Shown: positions 1-13,029, counted from the first letter of the stretch. The stretch is DNA of 64,000 nucleotides from Felis catus (GCF_018350175.1 NC_058368.1:91080001-91144000); one strand, 5' to 3'. Notes: generated by a model not told the origin, from the sequence alone. Translations and numbers: made by a program.

Positions 1-530
1 TTCCACTGTTTAAAAATGCCCAAGCGTGGGGCACCCAGGTGGCTCAGTTAGTTGAGCATCCAAGATGGGCTCAGGTTCAAGCCCCGCGTCAGGCTCTCTG
101 CTGTCAGCAAAGAGCCTGCTTCAGATCTTTTGTTCCCCTCCTTCTCTGTCCCTCTCCAGCTCCCCTCTTACTCTCAAAACTAAATAAAGCATTAAAAAAA
201 ATTTTTTTAATGGCCGCAAGCTAGTGCCGAGTGCTGTCGGCTGTTCCTGAGCACAAGAAGCTAGGTGGTGTGCCCTGCAGAGGAAACACATGTGCCAAAC
301 GAGCTTCATTCAGGCCTCAGTTCTAGTGCACCGGCCGTGAGGTCAGCGTTAATGTCAACAGTATCGAGGAAGGTGGCTTTAAACAGAAACACAGATAAAA
401 TAAGATTACGTATTGACAGTCAGTGAAAGCATCCTGATCCCTCGCAGGACCCTAGCCCTGTGCTCCCGTGAGAATTCAGCATTCTGGGGTGCTTTCTAGA
501 ACATAACTAACCTCACATAATGAGGGCCAG
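1..530 (-). mobile_element. TcMar-Tigger non-autonomous DNA transposon remnant (MER82-like), interrupted by a SINE
   Basis: Resembles recalled consensus segments, e.g. gctttaaacagaaacacagataaaataag and ctagaacataactaacc. The SINE at ~28-208 is flanked by a degenerate aatg..caagc repeat. Confidence 0.6.
28..208 (+). mobile_element. CAN-SINE (SINEC)
   Basis: ggggcacccaggtggctcagttagttgagc tRNA-derived head, CT-rich body, A-rich tail. Confidence 0.9.
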
Positions 531-622
531 CAGCTCGTGTGCCTTGGCGTGAGTTTCTAAGCTGGCTGCCGAGGAAGGGTGAACAGTGGGGCAAACACCT
601 TCGTGGCCATTTCTGGGCACAG

Positions 623-782
623 GTCATCCCGCAGGGAGACGCCCGGATCTCACTGACGTACAAGTACATGATCCACGAGGACTCGCTCAACGTAGACGGC
701 AACAATGTCCTGGAAGACGACTCTGTGGGCTACGAGTGGGCCCTGAAGAAGTGGACTCCTTGCTCCAAGCCCTGTGGTGGAG
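623..782 (+). CDS. ADAMTS2: ADAMTS2 internal coding exon (end of spacer domain, start of TSP1 repeat; likely exon 17)
   Basis: cag|GTCATC acceptor, GGAG|gtgagg donor. Encodes [54 protein letters not shown]. 160 bp, phase 0 to 1, consistent with the next exon. Confidence 0.95.
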
Positions 783-2062
783 GTGAGGGGCCCCAGAGGT
801 ATTCAAGGCTGAGTGGGAGGGGTCTTCTGGGCAAAGGGCTTCCTGAGCCCACAGTACCCCGCTGCCTGCCTGACCTGAGTGAGGGATGTGCTAGGTATGA
901 GCAGACTGGCCCCAGGGGCCAGAGAGTGAGGCAGCGGCCTGCCTGGGAGGGGGCAGAGGGTAGGCAGGAAGGGGGTACTCAGGGCAGCAGGCAGCCAGAA
1001 GGGCATGTGGGGGCTTGGATGTCACCCATGTGGACCTGCATCAGGGGCTGGTCCTGGCGGGAGGAAGGTTGGTGTGCAGGCACTTGGGTGGATTACCACA
1101 GCCTCACGAGGCAGGTGACAAGGCAGGTGAGGAGGGACTTGGGCCGTGCTGGGGGTGGGTGAAGGGGCCCCCTCTGTGGGCCTTTGTTCATTCAGAAAGG
1201 TGTCCCTGCCCTCCTGGGGCAGGACTTCGTGCAGAGCGGCCCCACCTGCCCTGGACTTTGAAGAGTCCACAGTTGGGTGGGACAGACAGACAGGCAGGAA
1301 GTTCTGGTCCACCCCATGTGGTCGCCGCTCCCTGGGAGTTGGACGAGATGAGAAGCAGAAGCAGGTGGCCAGGACAGACCTCCCTCAGGATGCCACCTGG
1401 GGTCCCACATCTCGAGGACAGAGAGGAGTTTACCAAAGTGGGGAGACCCATCCTGGGGCCCAGGCAGGTGGACGGCTCCTTCTGGAGTGCTCCCACCTGG
1501 GTGGATGGCACCCCAACATTCTGTTGAGCCTCCCTGCCCCCCTGGAGTTTTTCAGCAACATGTCCTCCTGACTCTGTCTCCTATGTGTCTCTTGGACCCA
1601 TCTTCCCAGTCCTGGCTCATTCTTGCTCCCTAGCTGGCCCTTGCGTGTCCACTGTCACCCCCAGAGTGCCCTATTAAAGGTCCCTTGCTGGTATCCCTTC
1701 CTGGCGTCATTAAGTTTTAGCAGCTCCCTCTGCTCTTGGGAGAAAAACAAGATTCTCCTTATGGCCTCTGTGGTCCAGGCAGCTTGCTGACCTCTCCCAC
1801 TGCACTGGTGCCCCCACCCCTTGCTCACCAGGCCCTGGCCACACTGGCCTTAGCTGCTTTTCCTGGACATGCTGTGCTCCTGCCTCAGGGCCTTTGCACA
1901 GGCCGCCTACTCCCCAGAAGCCATTTTACTGCCCTCTCACAAAATCAGCATCCTTCCATTCTCTGCTTTCTGGAACACCTCCAGACACCCAGATTAGAGC
2001 AGGCTGCAGACAGCCCCTGCGACATGGACACAGTCACATTCTCTTGTGTCTTACCCACAGGC

Positions 2063-2261
2063 TAGGGTTTTGAGATCTTGCAGTTGCTGACGTATTGGGC
2101 TCTACAGTTCTCATGGGGGCTGCCCTGTGCAGTGTAGGATGTTGAGTAGCATCTCTGGCCTCTACTTGCTAGATGCAAGTCACACCCCTTACCCTGAGTG
2201 GTGACAACTAGGTGTACCAGGTATTGGCAGATGTCAAAATCGCCCCATTTGAGAACAGCTG
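2063..2261 (-). mobile_element. MER20-like hAT-Charlie MITE
   Basis: gctgccctgtgcagtgtaggatgttgagtagcatctctggcctctac ... caaaatcgccccatttgagaacagctg matches the reverse complement of the recalled MER20 consensus. Confidence 0.75.
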
Positions 2262-2534
2262 CCCTAGGCTATGGCGGGAAGAGGCCATGTTTTTATGTTT
2301 AGCCACCTCCGGGCTCATCCTGAGTCCTCAGTGCGTGTGAATTCAAGATGGATTAAATGGCTAAGTGATGGAGAGGAAGCAGAGCCTTCCATTCTGCCCC
2401 AGGGAGGCAGCTTAGAGGCCAAGGAACAAGGCAGCCACTCTCCCTGGGCTCTCCCTTCACACGTATCCAAGGCCTGCCTCTGGCACACTGCCCCACCTCC
2501 CACCCCATCAGAAGGCTAGGCTGAATGGGGCTGA

Positions 2535-2735
<201 letters not shown>

Positions 2736-3491
2736 TGAGTTCCCCGGGGCCGCCCGGCTCTCCCAGCCCAGGGTCCCATGAGACAGGAGAAGGCAGACCC
2801 CCGGGGCTCCTGTGGAGGGAGGTGCGGGATCCAGGCCCTGAGCAGCTCTGGGCCTCACATTCCCTGCGACGTTTGGTGGATTCTTTCTCCCTCCCCCCAT
2901 TTCATGGAGTCTAAGATGCTGTAGGCTGTATGGTGCATCCTTGCCTCGGACCTGCCGCACTGAAACTATAGCACGCATCTTAGACGTTGTGACATGTGGT
3001 AATGCTCGCATGGGAAACTGAGGCTCAGAGGGTACTGGCCTTGCTTCTGGTCCTGTGGTAGATGTCTCCCAGGCAACTCATTGCAGTGGTGGCGGTCTTG
3101 ACCTTCTGGCCCAGATTCCCTTTGCGGGGCCCCCAGGGGAGAAGAGGGCTGGTAAACGGGCACATGGGGCTGCGTGGGGTGGGTGCTGGCAGAGTCCACA
3201 CTGCTGCCCTGGAGGGTTTGTGATGTCGGCAGAAGCTGAGAAGGGACAGATCTGGGGCTCTCTGTGCTCTCCCCCCCCCCCCCGTCCCAACCAGGGTATC
3301 CCACCCAGCAGTGGGTGACTGTCACCTGCAGGACCTTGGACAGAGGCACGGCCAGGCTCTAGGACATGTTTGCAGAACGGGAAGATGCCTGGGGTAGGGG
3401 GGTGGGGGCGGGAAGCAGGCTGCTGCCATTGCTCTGGCGGGCTTTTTGGGGGTGGGGGGTGGGGGGTTGACCTGTTGCTCTGCCCCCACAG

Positions 3492-3699
3492 GTGGGTCAC
3501 AGGGGAATGGGAGCCTTGCAGTCAGAGCTGTGGGCGGACGGGCACGCAGGCTCGCACCGTGCGCTGCATACAGCTGCTGCACAACAACACCACCCGCTCC
3601 GTGCACACCAAACACTGCAACGACGCCCGGCCCGAGGGCCGCCGGGCCTGCAACCGTGAGCTCTGCCCTGGCCGGTGGCGGGCCGGACCCTGGTCCCAG
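3492..3699 (+). CDS. ADAMTS2: ADAMTS2 coding exon, TSP1 repeat (likely exon 19)
   Basis: cccacag|GTGGGTC ... TCCCAG|gtaagc. Encodes [69 protein letters not shown]. 208 bp, phase 2 to 0. Confidence 0.96.
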
Positions 3700-4119
3700 G
3701 TAAGCGGGCCCCATGTCCTCAGCCCCCAAACCAAGCTTGCGGGGGATTGAGGGGGTCAGGGAGCTCCACCTCAGTCTGGATGCAGTCCCTGCCCCGGGCC
3801 ACATCCTGTAGGTCTCAGGGCACCAGTGGGGCTGCACGGCCAGTGCTCTGTCGAGAGACCAAGTAGAACGTGTCCACTCTGTAGGGCAGAGGCTGCCAGG
3901 TGCTACAGGAACCTGGAGTTCTAGGAGACAGAGGGTGGCCTGGACTCCAGGATACGAGGGGAGACCTGGGCTCTCATCCCTGAGGGCAGAGAAGGCCAGC
4001 CAAGCTTGCAGGAGGGAACATGAGCACGGGAGGCCTTGAACTTGGGCTGCAAAGAACAGTAAGGATGGTCTCGGGCTCAAGGAGCAGTCTAGGGGCAGGG
4101 CTGAGCTGACATGAGCAGG

Positions 4120-4640
4120 CCTGGGGGGTCGGAGTCCCCAACCCGACCAGCCTCGGGCTCACTGATTCATTGCAAGGACTCCCAGGACTGAGAAGTTGTT
4201 GTACTCACAGGTACAGGGTATTTCAGTGAAATCACAGTCAGCAAAGGGGAAAAGTGTGTGGCAAAGCCCAGAGGAAGCCAGGCACAAGCTTCCAGGCGTC
4301 TCCTCCCTGGGCTCCCAGGGACACCCTGGATTCTGTCAGCAACGGTGTGTGATGCCACACGTGAAATGCCGCCAGCCAGGGAAGCCCACGTGAGCCCGGG
4401 TGTCCAGGGTCTTCACTGCGTGGCTGACACTGGTTAGTCAGGTGGGGAGCTCACCGTAAATCACACTATTGGTACAGACTAACCGGCCAGACCAGTGCAG
4501 TGTGACCCGAGGCCTCGAGTCTTGCAGAAACACTCTGACCAGAGAGAACACTCCATGAACTTGGTTCCCCAGAGCTTCTCAAGTGCCAGTCCTGAAAGCA
4601 GGCCTTCCTTGGCACTCTGTAGGGTTTGAGCAATCTGGGT
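4120..4640. mobile_element. Old solo LTR, MER21-like
   Basis: cagcaaaggggaaaag...ccaggcacaagcttccag...ccagggaagccc...gtgtccagggt resembles the recalled MER21 consensus. Boundaries approximate. Confidence 0.55.
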
Positions 4641-4936
4641 CGGCCGTGTCAGCCCGTCTCCCCACACAAGGTGAGGACTTGAGAATTCTCCCTGGGCCAG
4701 GCTGGGCCGAGCTGTGAGCCAAGCCAGGAGTCTGGGTGTGATGGCTTCTGCTGGCCTGCCCCCAAGCAGGGTGGTGGAGCCTCCAGAGATGGAGGTGGCT
4801 GCTGGAGGCTGGACAAGGCAGGACAGGCCTCTGACACATCCTCTACCCTCTGCCCCTCACCACCTTCCGCGTGTTACAGGGTTACATGTGTGGGGAGCTC
4901 TTTCAGGCCCAGCCAACCATGGGTTGGGGGCCCTGA

Positions 4937-5323
<387 letters not shown>

Positions 5324-5908
5324 TGACCACACAGTGGGGCTCAGCCAGATGTGGCACCCATGCCCATGTGAGCAGGGCTGCCTATGGGAGTAGGGGGTAC
5401 CCATGGAAACTGGGGGTGCCTAGTGCCCTCTGAACAACCAGAACACCATCTGCATGCAGACACCTTGCCAAGTGCCATGTGCGTCACCTCTTTTGGTCCC
5501 AGAAATAGCTCAAGCCGTAGACCCCACCATGAATCCCATCTACAAAGGAGGGCATTCAGGGAGGTCAGATGTGCCCACCCAGCTGGGCAGGGGGATAGAT
5601 CCAGGATTCACCTACTCCCCATGTTCCTGGGAGGCAGGCCAGGTGGGGCGGCTGGGAGCAATGCAGCAATAAGGAGGTGTGGCAGAGCCTTGGTGCTAGG
5701 TTGTAGCTGAGACTCAGGAGGCACGGTGGGGGGTGGGGACGAGCAGGAGGACTGGGTGGCTAGAGCCCATCTGTCTGAGGGGTCTTTGAATGCCGAGCTA
5801 GGGTGTCAGGGCCCTGGATGCCTAGGGCTATGGAGCGTCTCTTGCCTGGGGTGACCGTGCAGCCCAGCGTGGGGCCACGGCAGCCACAGCCCCTCCTCTT
5901 CCCTCTAG

Positions 5909-5998
5909 GAAACATCTCTGATCCTTCCAAGAAGAGCTACGTGGTTCAGTGGCTGTCCCGACCGGACCCCGACTCTCCAGTCCAGAAGACCTCGTCAA
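5909..5998 (+). CDS. ADAMTS2: ADAMTS2 penultimate coding exon (likely exon 21)
   Basis: ccctctag|GAAAC ... TCGTCAA|gtaacc. Encodes (R)[29 protein letters not shown]. 90 bp, phase 1 to 1. Confidence 0.93.
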
Positions 5999-6816
5999 GT
6001 AACCGGCCCGTTTATAACTCTGCCTCTGCCCTCCAGTGCATGCCCTGCGCCCTGTGGAGCTTGCCGTGGGCTCCCCTCCTCTCTTTCTATGGAAAACTTC
6101 CCTGACTCTTCCTGAGCGCTCTCTCGGTTGAATCTGATTTCTCCGGGCCTCTGTGCTCGGCAGTCTCCTTTGGAGCCGCCCAGCCGGCTGCCTGGCCGGG
6201 AGGGCCCGCCTCTGCAGAGGCGTGGCCCCAGGGCAACTGGCCTCTTGTGGGGGGGCCGGGACCTGGTTGGTGATGGCGTGTAAAGGGGCAAAGATCTGTC
6301 TTGGTGCTGGAGGGGCCAGAGGCCAGAGTGCAAATGTGACCATTTGGTGACCACGTCTCGGGGCCACATCCCTGCAAGCTGGAGCTGCAGGTCAGAAGTC
6401 AAGGGGCAAGCCCACCGGTCCCCTTTCAAACACCGCCCACCAGCGAGGCGAGGCCAGAGGGGCTCTGGGGCGTGTTTTGTGCCGCTGAGCTGGGTGGCCC
6501 GGCCCTGAGATTCCGGGGGCGCGTCGGGAGCTTCCCGGCCGCCTCTGCTGTTGCTGCTGCTGCTGACCCTGTGCTGAGTGTGTCCTCCTGACTTGTGTGA
6601 CTGTGGCCTGCTTCCTGTGGCCTTTGCGTCCAACTTACACAGCCCTTGGCCACCCCTCTCCCTGAGCCCCATCCCCTCGCGGGTTCGGGTTAAACAGAGA
6701 CGGCGGGGAACGTGTCCCTCCAGTGGAACACTGGGACACACCGCCCCTTCCATTCTCTGTCCATTAGCTCCAATGGCCTTTTCTCATCGTGCACACATGA
6801 CCCCATCCATAGAGGT

Positions 6817-6860
6817 GAGAGATTGAGAGAGAGGTTGAGAGAGAGAGAGAGAGAGAGAGA
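6817..6860. repeat. (GA)n microsatellite
   Basis: Direct observation. Confidence 0.95.
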
Positions 6861-7722
6861 AACTGATGTGGATGCGGCCACCTACCAGTGTGAACAACTA
6901 CAGAATTACCTCAATTTTTATTGCTTTTTTGCTTAGATAAAACTATGTAGAAAATGCCTTAAAGTTGAAAGGTAACAGATTTGGCTGCTAAGTCCAGCTT
7001 CAGAGCGGGGACGGGATCCAGGTATAGGAAGCAGGCAGTGGCAGGCCCAGGGGGAGGCAGTCCCGCTCATCCACTTTTCGCCCAGAGTAAGGTTTCCCAA
7101 CCCAGAGGGCCTGACTCCCCTCTGGCCCTGGCGTCCTGTGCAGGGGACCCAGGTGTGCTGGCTCCAGCCAACACTGCAGAGAAGAGACCCACTCTGAGGC
7201 CATGCGGCCAGTCGGCACTGACTGTTTGCTGAGCCCCCCACCCCTATCCCGGGCGCTCCCCCAGTGCTGCCTTACCCAGAAGGCAGCGCGCCCGGCCCCT
7301 GGTGTGACCCGTGTAGCGCCCCCGCCCCAGCCCCCCTGCCACCTGCTAATGGCATCCCTGGGACCAGCACCCAGCCTCCTCCCCGGCTCCAACTACTGTT
7401 ATGTACATACTCGGTGTGTAACGCGTACTAATTCTCACGACTGTTAACTTCCAACTTTGACTAGGCCACGCGAGTGACTCTGACTCTGGGAAGGTGCAAT
7501 ACGGTCCTGGGCATTGTGCTCTCTGTCTATATGCACTTTGGTTTATCAGGGATATTTTATTAGTGTTTTGTATGTATCCAATGACGTAATTAACATAGGC
7601 TCCATTGTCGTCGCTTTTCTGGTTTTTTTATGAGACAAAGTTTAGTGTGTGCCAAAGTGACTGTGGAAATGACCTTTTCTCCTCACTAATGATGGAAAGA
7701 CTTTCCTGTCATGCATCCCACA

Positions 7723-7737
7723 AATAAACTCAATAAA
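7723..7737 (+). terminator. Twin AATAAA signals in the last ADAMTS2 intron (candidate intronic polyA site)
   Basis: AATAAA at 7723-7728 and 7732-7737, not within a SINE tail. Upstream TGTA elements; downstream GU-rich gggtgcttgggtttgg. Confidence 0.5.
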
Positions 7738-9576
7738 AGTTCAGTGAAACTGGGTGCTTGGGTTTGGCACGCTGCTGGCTCCTTCTCTTCGCCTCCATAG
7801 CTGACGGCGCTGGCAGACCTGCGGGGACCCTTCTGTCGCATTAGTGACCGGGTTTCCGCTTCCAGTGACTCCCGCCACCCCCCATCCCCCTGCCCAATGT
7901 GGATATGTAGGGTCCCTCCCCCACTGAGGTGCATACCCCTGTCCCCAGGCATTTTTCAAAATGTGACAGCAGCCCATGAAGACACTCCACTATGATTTTG
8001 ACTTTCGACTCATTCGTGCTGAATGAGCCCCTTTGAGGGAACGTCTGGGTTCTCTCCCCACAGATGGAAGTTTTTCACCATTGGGAAAGGGTCCCGGGGT
8101 GGGTTTCCCCTACCTCTGGGATCAGTGGAGTGGGAATGTGGGGTCAGTAGCCCAGATAGTGCTGGCCCAGGTCACCGCCCCCCAAGCCACCATTGGGCCA
8201 CTGCCACCTGTTCAGGGAGGGAGAGGTGCCCATCTGGCCCAGGTCGGGGGCATGGGGCGGGAGAAGGGCCAGGCAGCGGCAGCTCCGGGCACCTGGCCTG
8301 TGCTTAGCCATGCCCGCCCGCGTCTCCACAGGCCTCGCGTCAGAAGCTGCAGGGCCTGGTGCATTGGCTCACCTCTGACAAGGGCCAGACAGCAGGTCGG
8401 GGTCCAACAGGGACCTCCTATCAGCGGGCTTCTCTCTCTTCCCTCTCCTATGGAGGGGATCCCGTGCCACAGAGGAGGGAGATCCTGAGAAAGGATGACA
8501 TGGGGCCACCCGGTGTCATGGAAACAGTCTTGGAGTCACAGGGCCAGGTCCCGGGGGGCCAGCCTGCCAGTGCAGGTCGCGGTAGCGTGGCTGAATTCAC
8601 TCTGCCCAGAGCTCTGGTCACTGAAAGGAATCCCAGCTCCAGAGACACAAGACCTTGAGAGACACAACTTCGTCTGAGAGAGCCGCGTCCACGCAGTGTC
8701 CCTTCCCAGATGGTTCAGGAGGAATCCCCGTGGAAGGGGCTTCCAGGCCAGAGCTGCAGGCAGGCCACCGACAGCCCAGGGGACCACACCAGGGACAGTC
8801 GTGGTGCGTGAGGGCCCTGCCGGGGGGCCCACGCTCCTGTACCCTGTGGCACGACCTTTTTGGATGGGGAAATGCTGCATGAGGCTCAATTGAGAAAAAG
8901 AGAGAACCAGGTTTTCTCCATCCTAGCCTTTCCCGAAGCGTGGGACACAGGGAGGTTTAATTCAGAGGGTGCGTAAATGTGGCCTGAATCCCCCCGCCTC
9001 TGAACAGCCCCTTCCTAGTTCCCTTCACCCTTCACGACGCTGGCACCCCCCTCACACTTGCTCGCTCTCTGCAGCCCGGAGCTGTGCAGGCGAGAGGGTC
9101 TCCCTTGCCATTTGAGGAATTAAACTTCGGGTGAAAAGTTTGTTTTCCTAATTAGGGTCACCTTTATTGATCACTGCTACTTGCCCGTGAATGGTGGTAG
9201 TGTAAGGTTTTCTTCTAAAATAAATGTTAAGTTAAAGAAAAAAAAGACATTAATTTAAAGGAGGAAACACAGGCAGGATTTGGCTGGAGCCAAGATTGGT
9301 GGGAATGGCCCACAAATGGCTTCAGTGTATGACAAGGGGTTTACTCTCAATGGTTTGTTGTTGGCTGGAAGGCAATAGGTCTTGCCAATTCATTGCTACC
9401 GGAAATGGCTGAAGACCAGGTACTAGGACACCGGAATCTTATTCTTGATGTAGTACAGATGCTTTGCCGGTCAGTGCCTCGGGCCACATCATGGGCCCTT
9501 TGGTGGTGTACTTCCCCTCATCTCAGAGGGCTGTCTGCTCAGTGATAAAACTGTTGGCATCCTTTTAAGAATGATT

Positions 9577-9998
9577 GGCACCTGGGTGGCTCAGTCGGTT
9601 GGGTGTCCGACTCTTGATTTCAGCTCAGGTCATGATCCCAGGGTTTGTGAGTTTGAGTCCCACATTGGGCTCTCTGCTGACAGCGTGGAGCCTGCTTAGG
9701 ATTCTCTCTCTCCTCTCTGCCGCTCCCCCGCTTGCACTGTCTCTCTCAAAAATAAATAAATCTTAAAACAGAATGGTTCAGCAGGGGCAGGGGGCACCTG
9801 GGTGGCTCAGTCAGTTAAGTATCCGACTCTTGATTTCAGCTCAGGTCATGATCTCACAGTTCATGGGTTCGAACCCTGTGTCGGGCTGTGCACTGACAGC
9901 ATGAAGCCCACTTGGGATTCTCTCTCTCCCTCTTTCTCTGACCCTTCCCCACTTGTGTGTGTACTGTCTCTCTCAAAATGAATAAACTTCAAAAAAAA
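9577..9998 (+). mobile_element. Two tandem CAN-SINEs (~9577-9768, ~9791-9998)
   Basis: Two SINEC heads and tails. gaatgatt is repeated on both sides of the pair. Confidence 0.9.
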
Positions 9999-10320
9999 TG
10001 GGAATGATTATTTTGAAAAAGTTTCTAGGGTAATATTAGCATAGCCAAACTCCTGGCCTGTGGCTTTCTTAACTCTTTATTCATTCATTATCTTCATTTT
10101 TAAAAACTTAAAGTAATGCAGCCACCGTGCAGAGGAAAATAGACATAGAAGTCCAACCTGTAGGGCAGGTGAAGGGAGGCGCCCTGGAGACGGGGACCCT
10201 TGGCCCCCCAGCTGTCACCTGCCTGTTAGTTCCAAATCGTCCATTCACTCAGGGACATCTGTCCAGTGCTTTCTGTGTGAGGCTCTGACTCGGGCACTGG
10301 GAGGCTGCTGAGCTCCCGAC

Positions 10321-10431
10321 CACAGGTCGGCAAACTTTTCTCTGAAAGGCCAGACAGTAATGGTTAAACCTTATGTACAAAACCAGGTGGAGGCACCCAC
10401 TTGGACCGTGGGAGTAGCTGGCTGACCCCTG
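10321..10431 (-). mobile_element. MER58-like hAT MITE, internally deleted
   Basis: Termini ggtcggcaaacttttctctgaaaggccagacagtaa ... gctgacccctg (imperfect TIRs). Confidence 0.6.
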
Positions 10432-11329
10432 CCCTCTACAGAGGGGATGCTGGTTTCCCAGGATCTCAGCCTGGGGGGAGAGAAGTGAGGGGGAGGCTTA
10501 AGTCATTTATGTGAAGAAGGCGGCACAGGTGACAGGGGAGGGTGCTGCTGTGGGGCCAGGGTGGCCCCACTCCCGGCAGCATCACCAGGCCTAGCTCCAT
10601 CTGTGTTTGTCGAGGCCCCTGCCCCCACCATGTCCAGCCGGGTTGGACAGCCAAAGCCAGGGGTGGGAGGACACCACCCCCTGCCTTGTCAGAAGTCTCG
10701 CTGTGTCTCTGGAGGGCTGTGATCAGTGGTTTTTACACCTGGTGGCTGCCAGAAAGGGGAGAAGGGTCAGGGGGTGGGGAAGGGGCCAGGTGGGGCTCCA
10801 AGCACTCCCGAGCTTCAAACAGGACCACTCCAATTTCCTCTGTCTCATACACTGGGCATCTGTAAGATTTTATCTGAGCATCCCAGGATCTTCTCACGTG
10901 ATTTCTGGAATCGGCCCTTAGCACGAGGCCACCTGCCTTTCCCCCTCCACATCTTGAGCCTGCTTCTGGCTCTCTAGGTTGGGAAGGCCAAAGCTCTTCC
11001 TGAACAGCTGATCTGTGTTTACCTCTTTCACCTTGTGCATCACGCAGTCTGGCACATTTCCTCCTGATTTGGGCCACTCAGAAGGTTAGAGTCAAAGTTG
11101 GGTCCACCTCTGGTGGCATGTGCCTCTCTGTGTTCTTCATGCCTATCATGTTACTATTTTAAAATCCATAATTTCCCTGTTTTGGACTTCCTCAGTTATT
11201 CACGTGTGTCTTTTTTCAGATTGATATATTTCTGCATTGTCCGATTCACTGGTCTAGGCTCTGGGGCTAGAGAGGCATCTAAATATAGCTTGGGGCTCTG
11301 TCCTGTGGAACTTACTGGATAATGAAAAC

Positions 11330-11960
11330 AGGTGACAGACACCTTATCTGACAACTAAATGTGAACTTGCCAACTGGGATAGAGTGTTGGGAGGGAGAGA
11401 ACTTCCCAAGGGAGGGCAGGTGATTCTTGCCCGGAGATGTGTTTCAGCTGAGCCTAGAGGAGGAGAGGAGAGCAACTGAAGGAAGACAGAGGGCGTGGCC
11501 ACAGTATGTGCAAAGGCCCTGTGGCCAGGGGGAGCCCAGTATAATGTAGGGGGTCAAGGCCTGAGTGAAGCTGGAGAGGTGAAGGAGACAGGTCCTCACC
11601 CTAAAATCAATGAGGGGCAATGCAGGGACTTCAATCAGGACAGTGACATGGTCACACCTTCAGTTGAAAAACAGCATTCTGACAAGAGCAGGATAGTGAA
11701 CAAAAAGGAGAAAGAATTGAGATAGGTCAGCAGAAAGGAGGCTCTTACCACAGTGCAGACAAGAGGCAAAGCAGCTTGACCCATGGAGGTGGGAGAGAGG
11801 GGAAATGGACACACCTGAGAGTGTCTAGGAGGAAATACCAACAGACTTGGGGGTGAACAGACGGGGTGTGCCTGGGGTTCGGCTTATGCCCTGGAAAGGC
11901 CATTCTCTGAGACAGGTGGTGCCAGCCAAGGCCCTGGGGTTGCACTGGGCATGTGGAGTC
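11330..11960. mobile_element. Ancient L2 LINE fragment
   Basis: agctgagcctagagg...acagtatgtgcaaaggccctgtggc motifs typical of decayed L2. Confidence 0.45.
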
Positions 11961-12681
11961 TCAGGCACATTTGGGACCACAGGGGTTAGGGGGCTGTCCT
12001 ATAGGCAGTCGTATCCGAGAGTCTGAAGCTCCAGGAATTTGGGGTTGGTGTCCGGTCAGGTGGGTCACCAGCCTGGAAGGGGAAATTATAGGCTGGAACA
12101 ATGGGCAGGCAGTGGGCACCATCAGAACCTCCTGAATGGGAGAGGACCTGCTTATCTGTTACTGCGAGAAGTTTCTGTGGGCTAGCAGAGTCACAGACGT
12201 GGGTGTAGACAGTGCCCCGTGTTGGTGCACAGAGTAACTGCATCAGATGTGGTTTCTACCCATGGCTGCCTCTTCCTTCCCTTTGTCCTTCCCTCTTTCC
12301 TCCCCACTTCCTTTCTAGGAGACAAGGTCAAGGAGGGAGAGGGAGAGAAAGAGGAATGCGGCAGAGGTTGTGAGGGAAAGGTTTGAGATGCTCACTGCGG
12401 GGGTGGGGGGCGGGGGGCTCAGAGGGTGGCTTAACAGAGAGACACAAGTAGGCAGGTGGGCCCAGTGAGGCCAGGGATCAGGAATTTACACCGATCTGCT
12501 ATTCCCTGTTATGTTGTCATAATGACTTATTCTTTCATGTTGAATGAATTCCTGCAAATCCTCTCAAATTCTGTGGAGTGAGGTGGTGAGGGAGAGGGAG
12601 GAGGGGAAGGAATTTGGGAAGAAGACGGGGGAGAGAGTAAGAGCAAGAACAAGGGTAGGAGGGGTTGTGTGGGTAGAACAA

Positions 12682-13029
12682 CAGCTGACCTTGAACCACA
12701 CGGGTTTGAAATTCACCAGTCCACTTACACATGGGATTTTTTTGATAAATACAGCACAGCACCCTAAATGTGTGTTTCTCTGCCTTACGATTTCCTTAAT
12801 AACATTTTCTCTTCTCTGGCTTACTTTATTATGAGGATACAGTATACACTACATATATCATACAAAATCTGTGTCCACCCTGCTGTTTGTGTGGTCGGGA
12901 AGGCTCCTGGGCAAAGTAGACGGCTAGTAGTTAAGTTTGGGGCCAGTCAGATGTTGTATGTGGATTTCCAACTGTGTGGGTGGGGGTGGGGTGGCACCCC
13001 TAACCCCCACGTAGTTCAAGGGTCAACTG
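12682..13029 (+). mobile_element. Tigger2a-like (TcMar-Tigger) MITE
   Basis: Terminal inverted repeats cagctgacc-ttgaaccacacggg ... cccacgtagttcaagggtcaactg. Confidence 0.8.
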
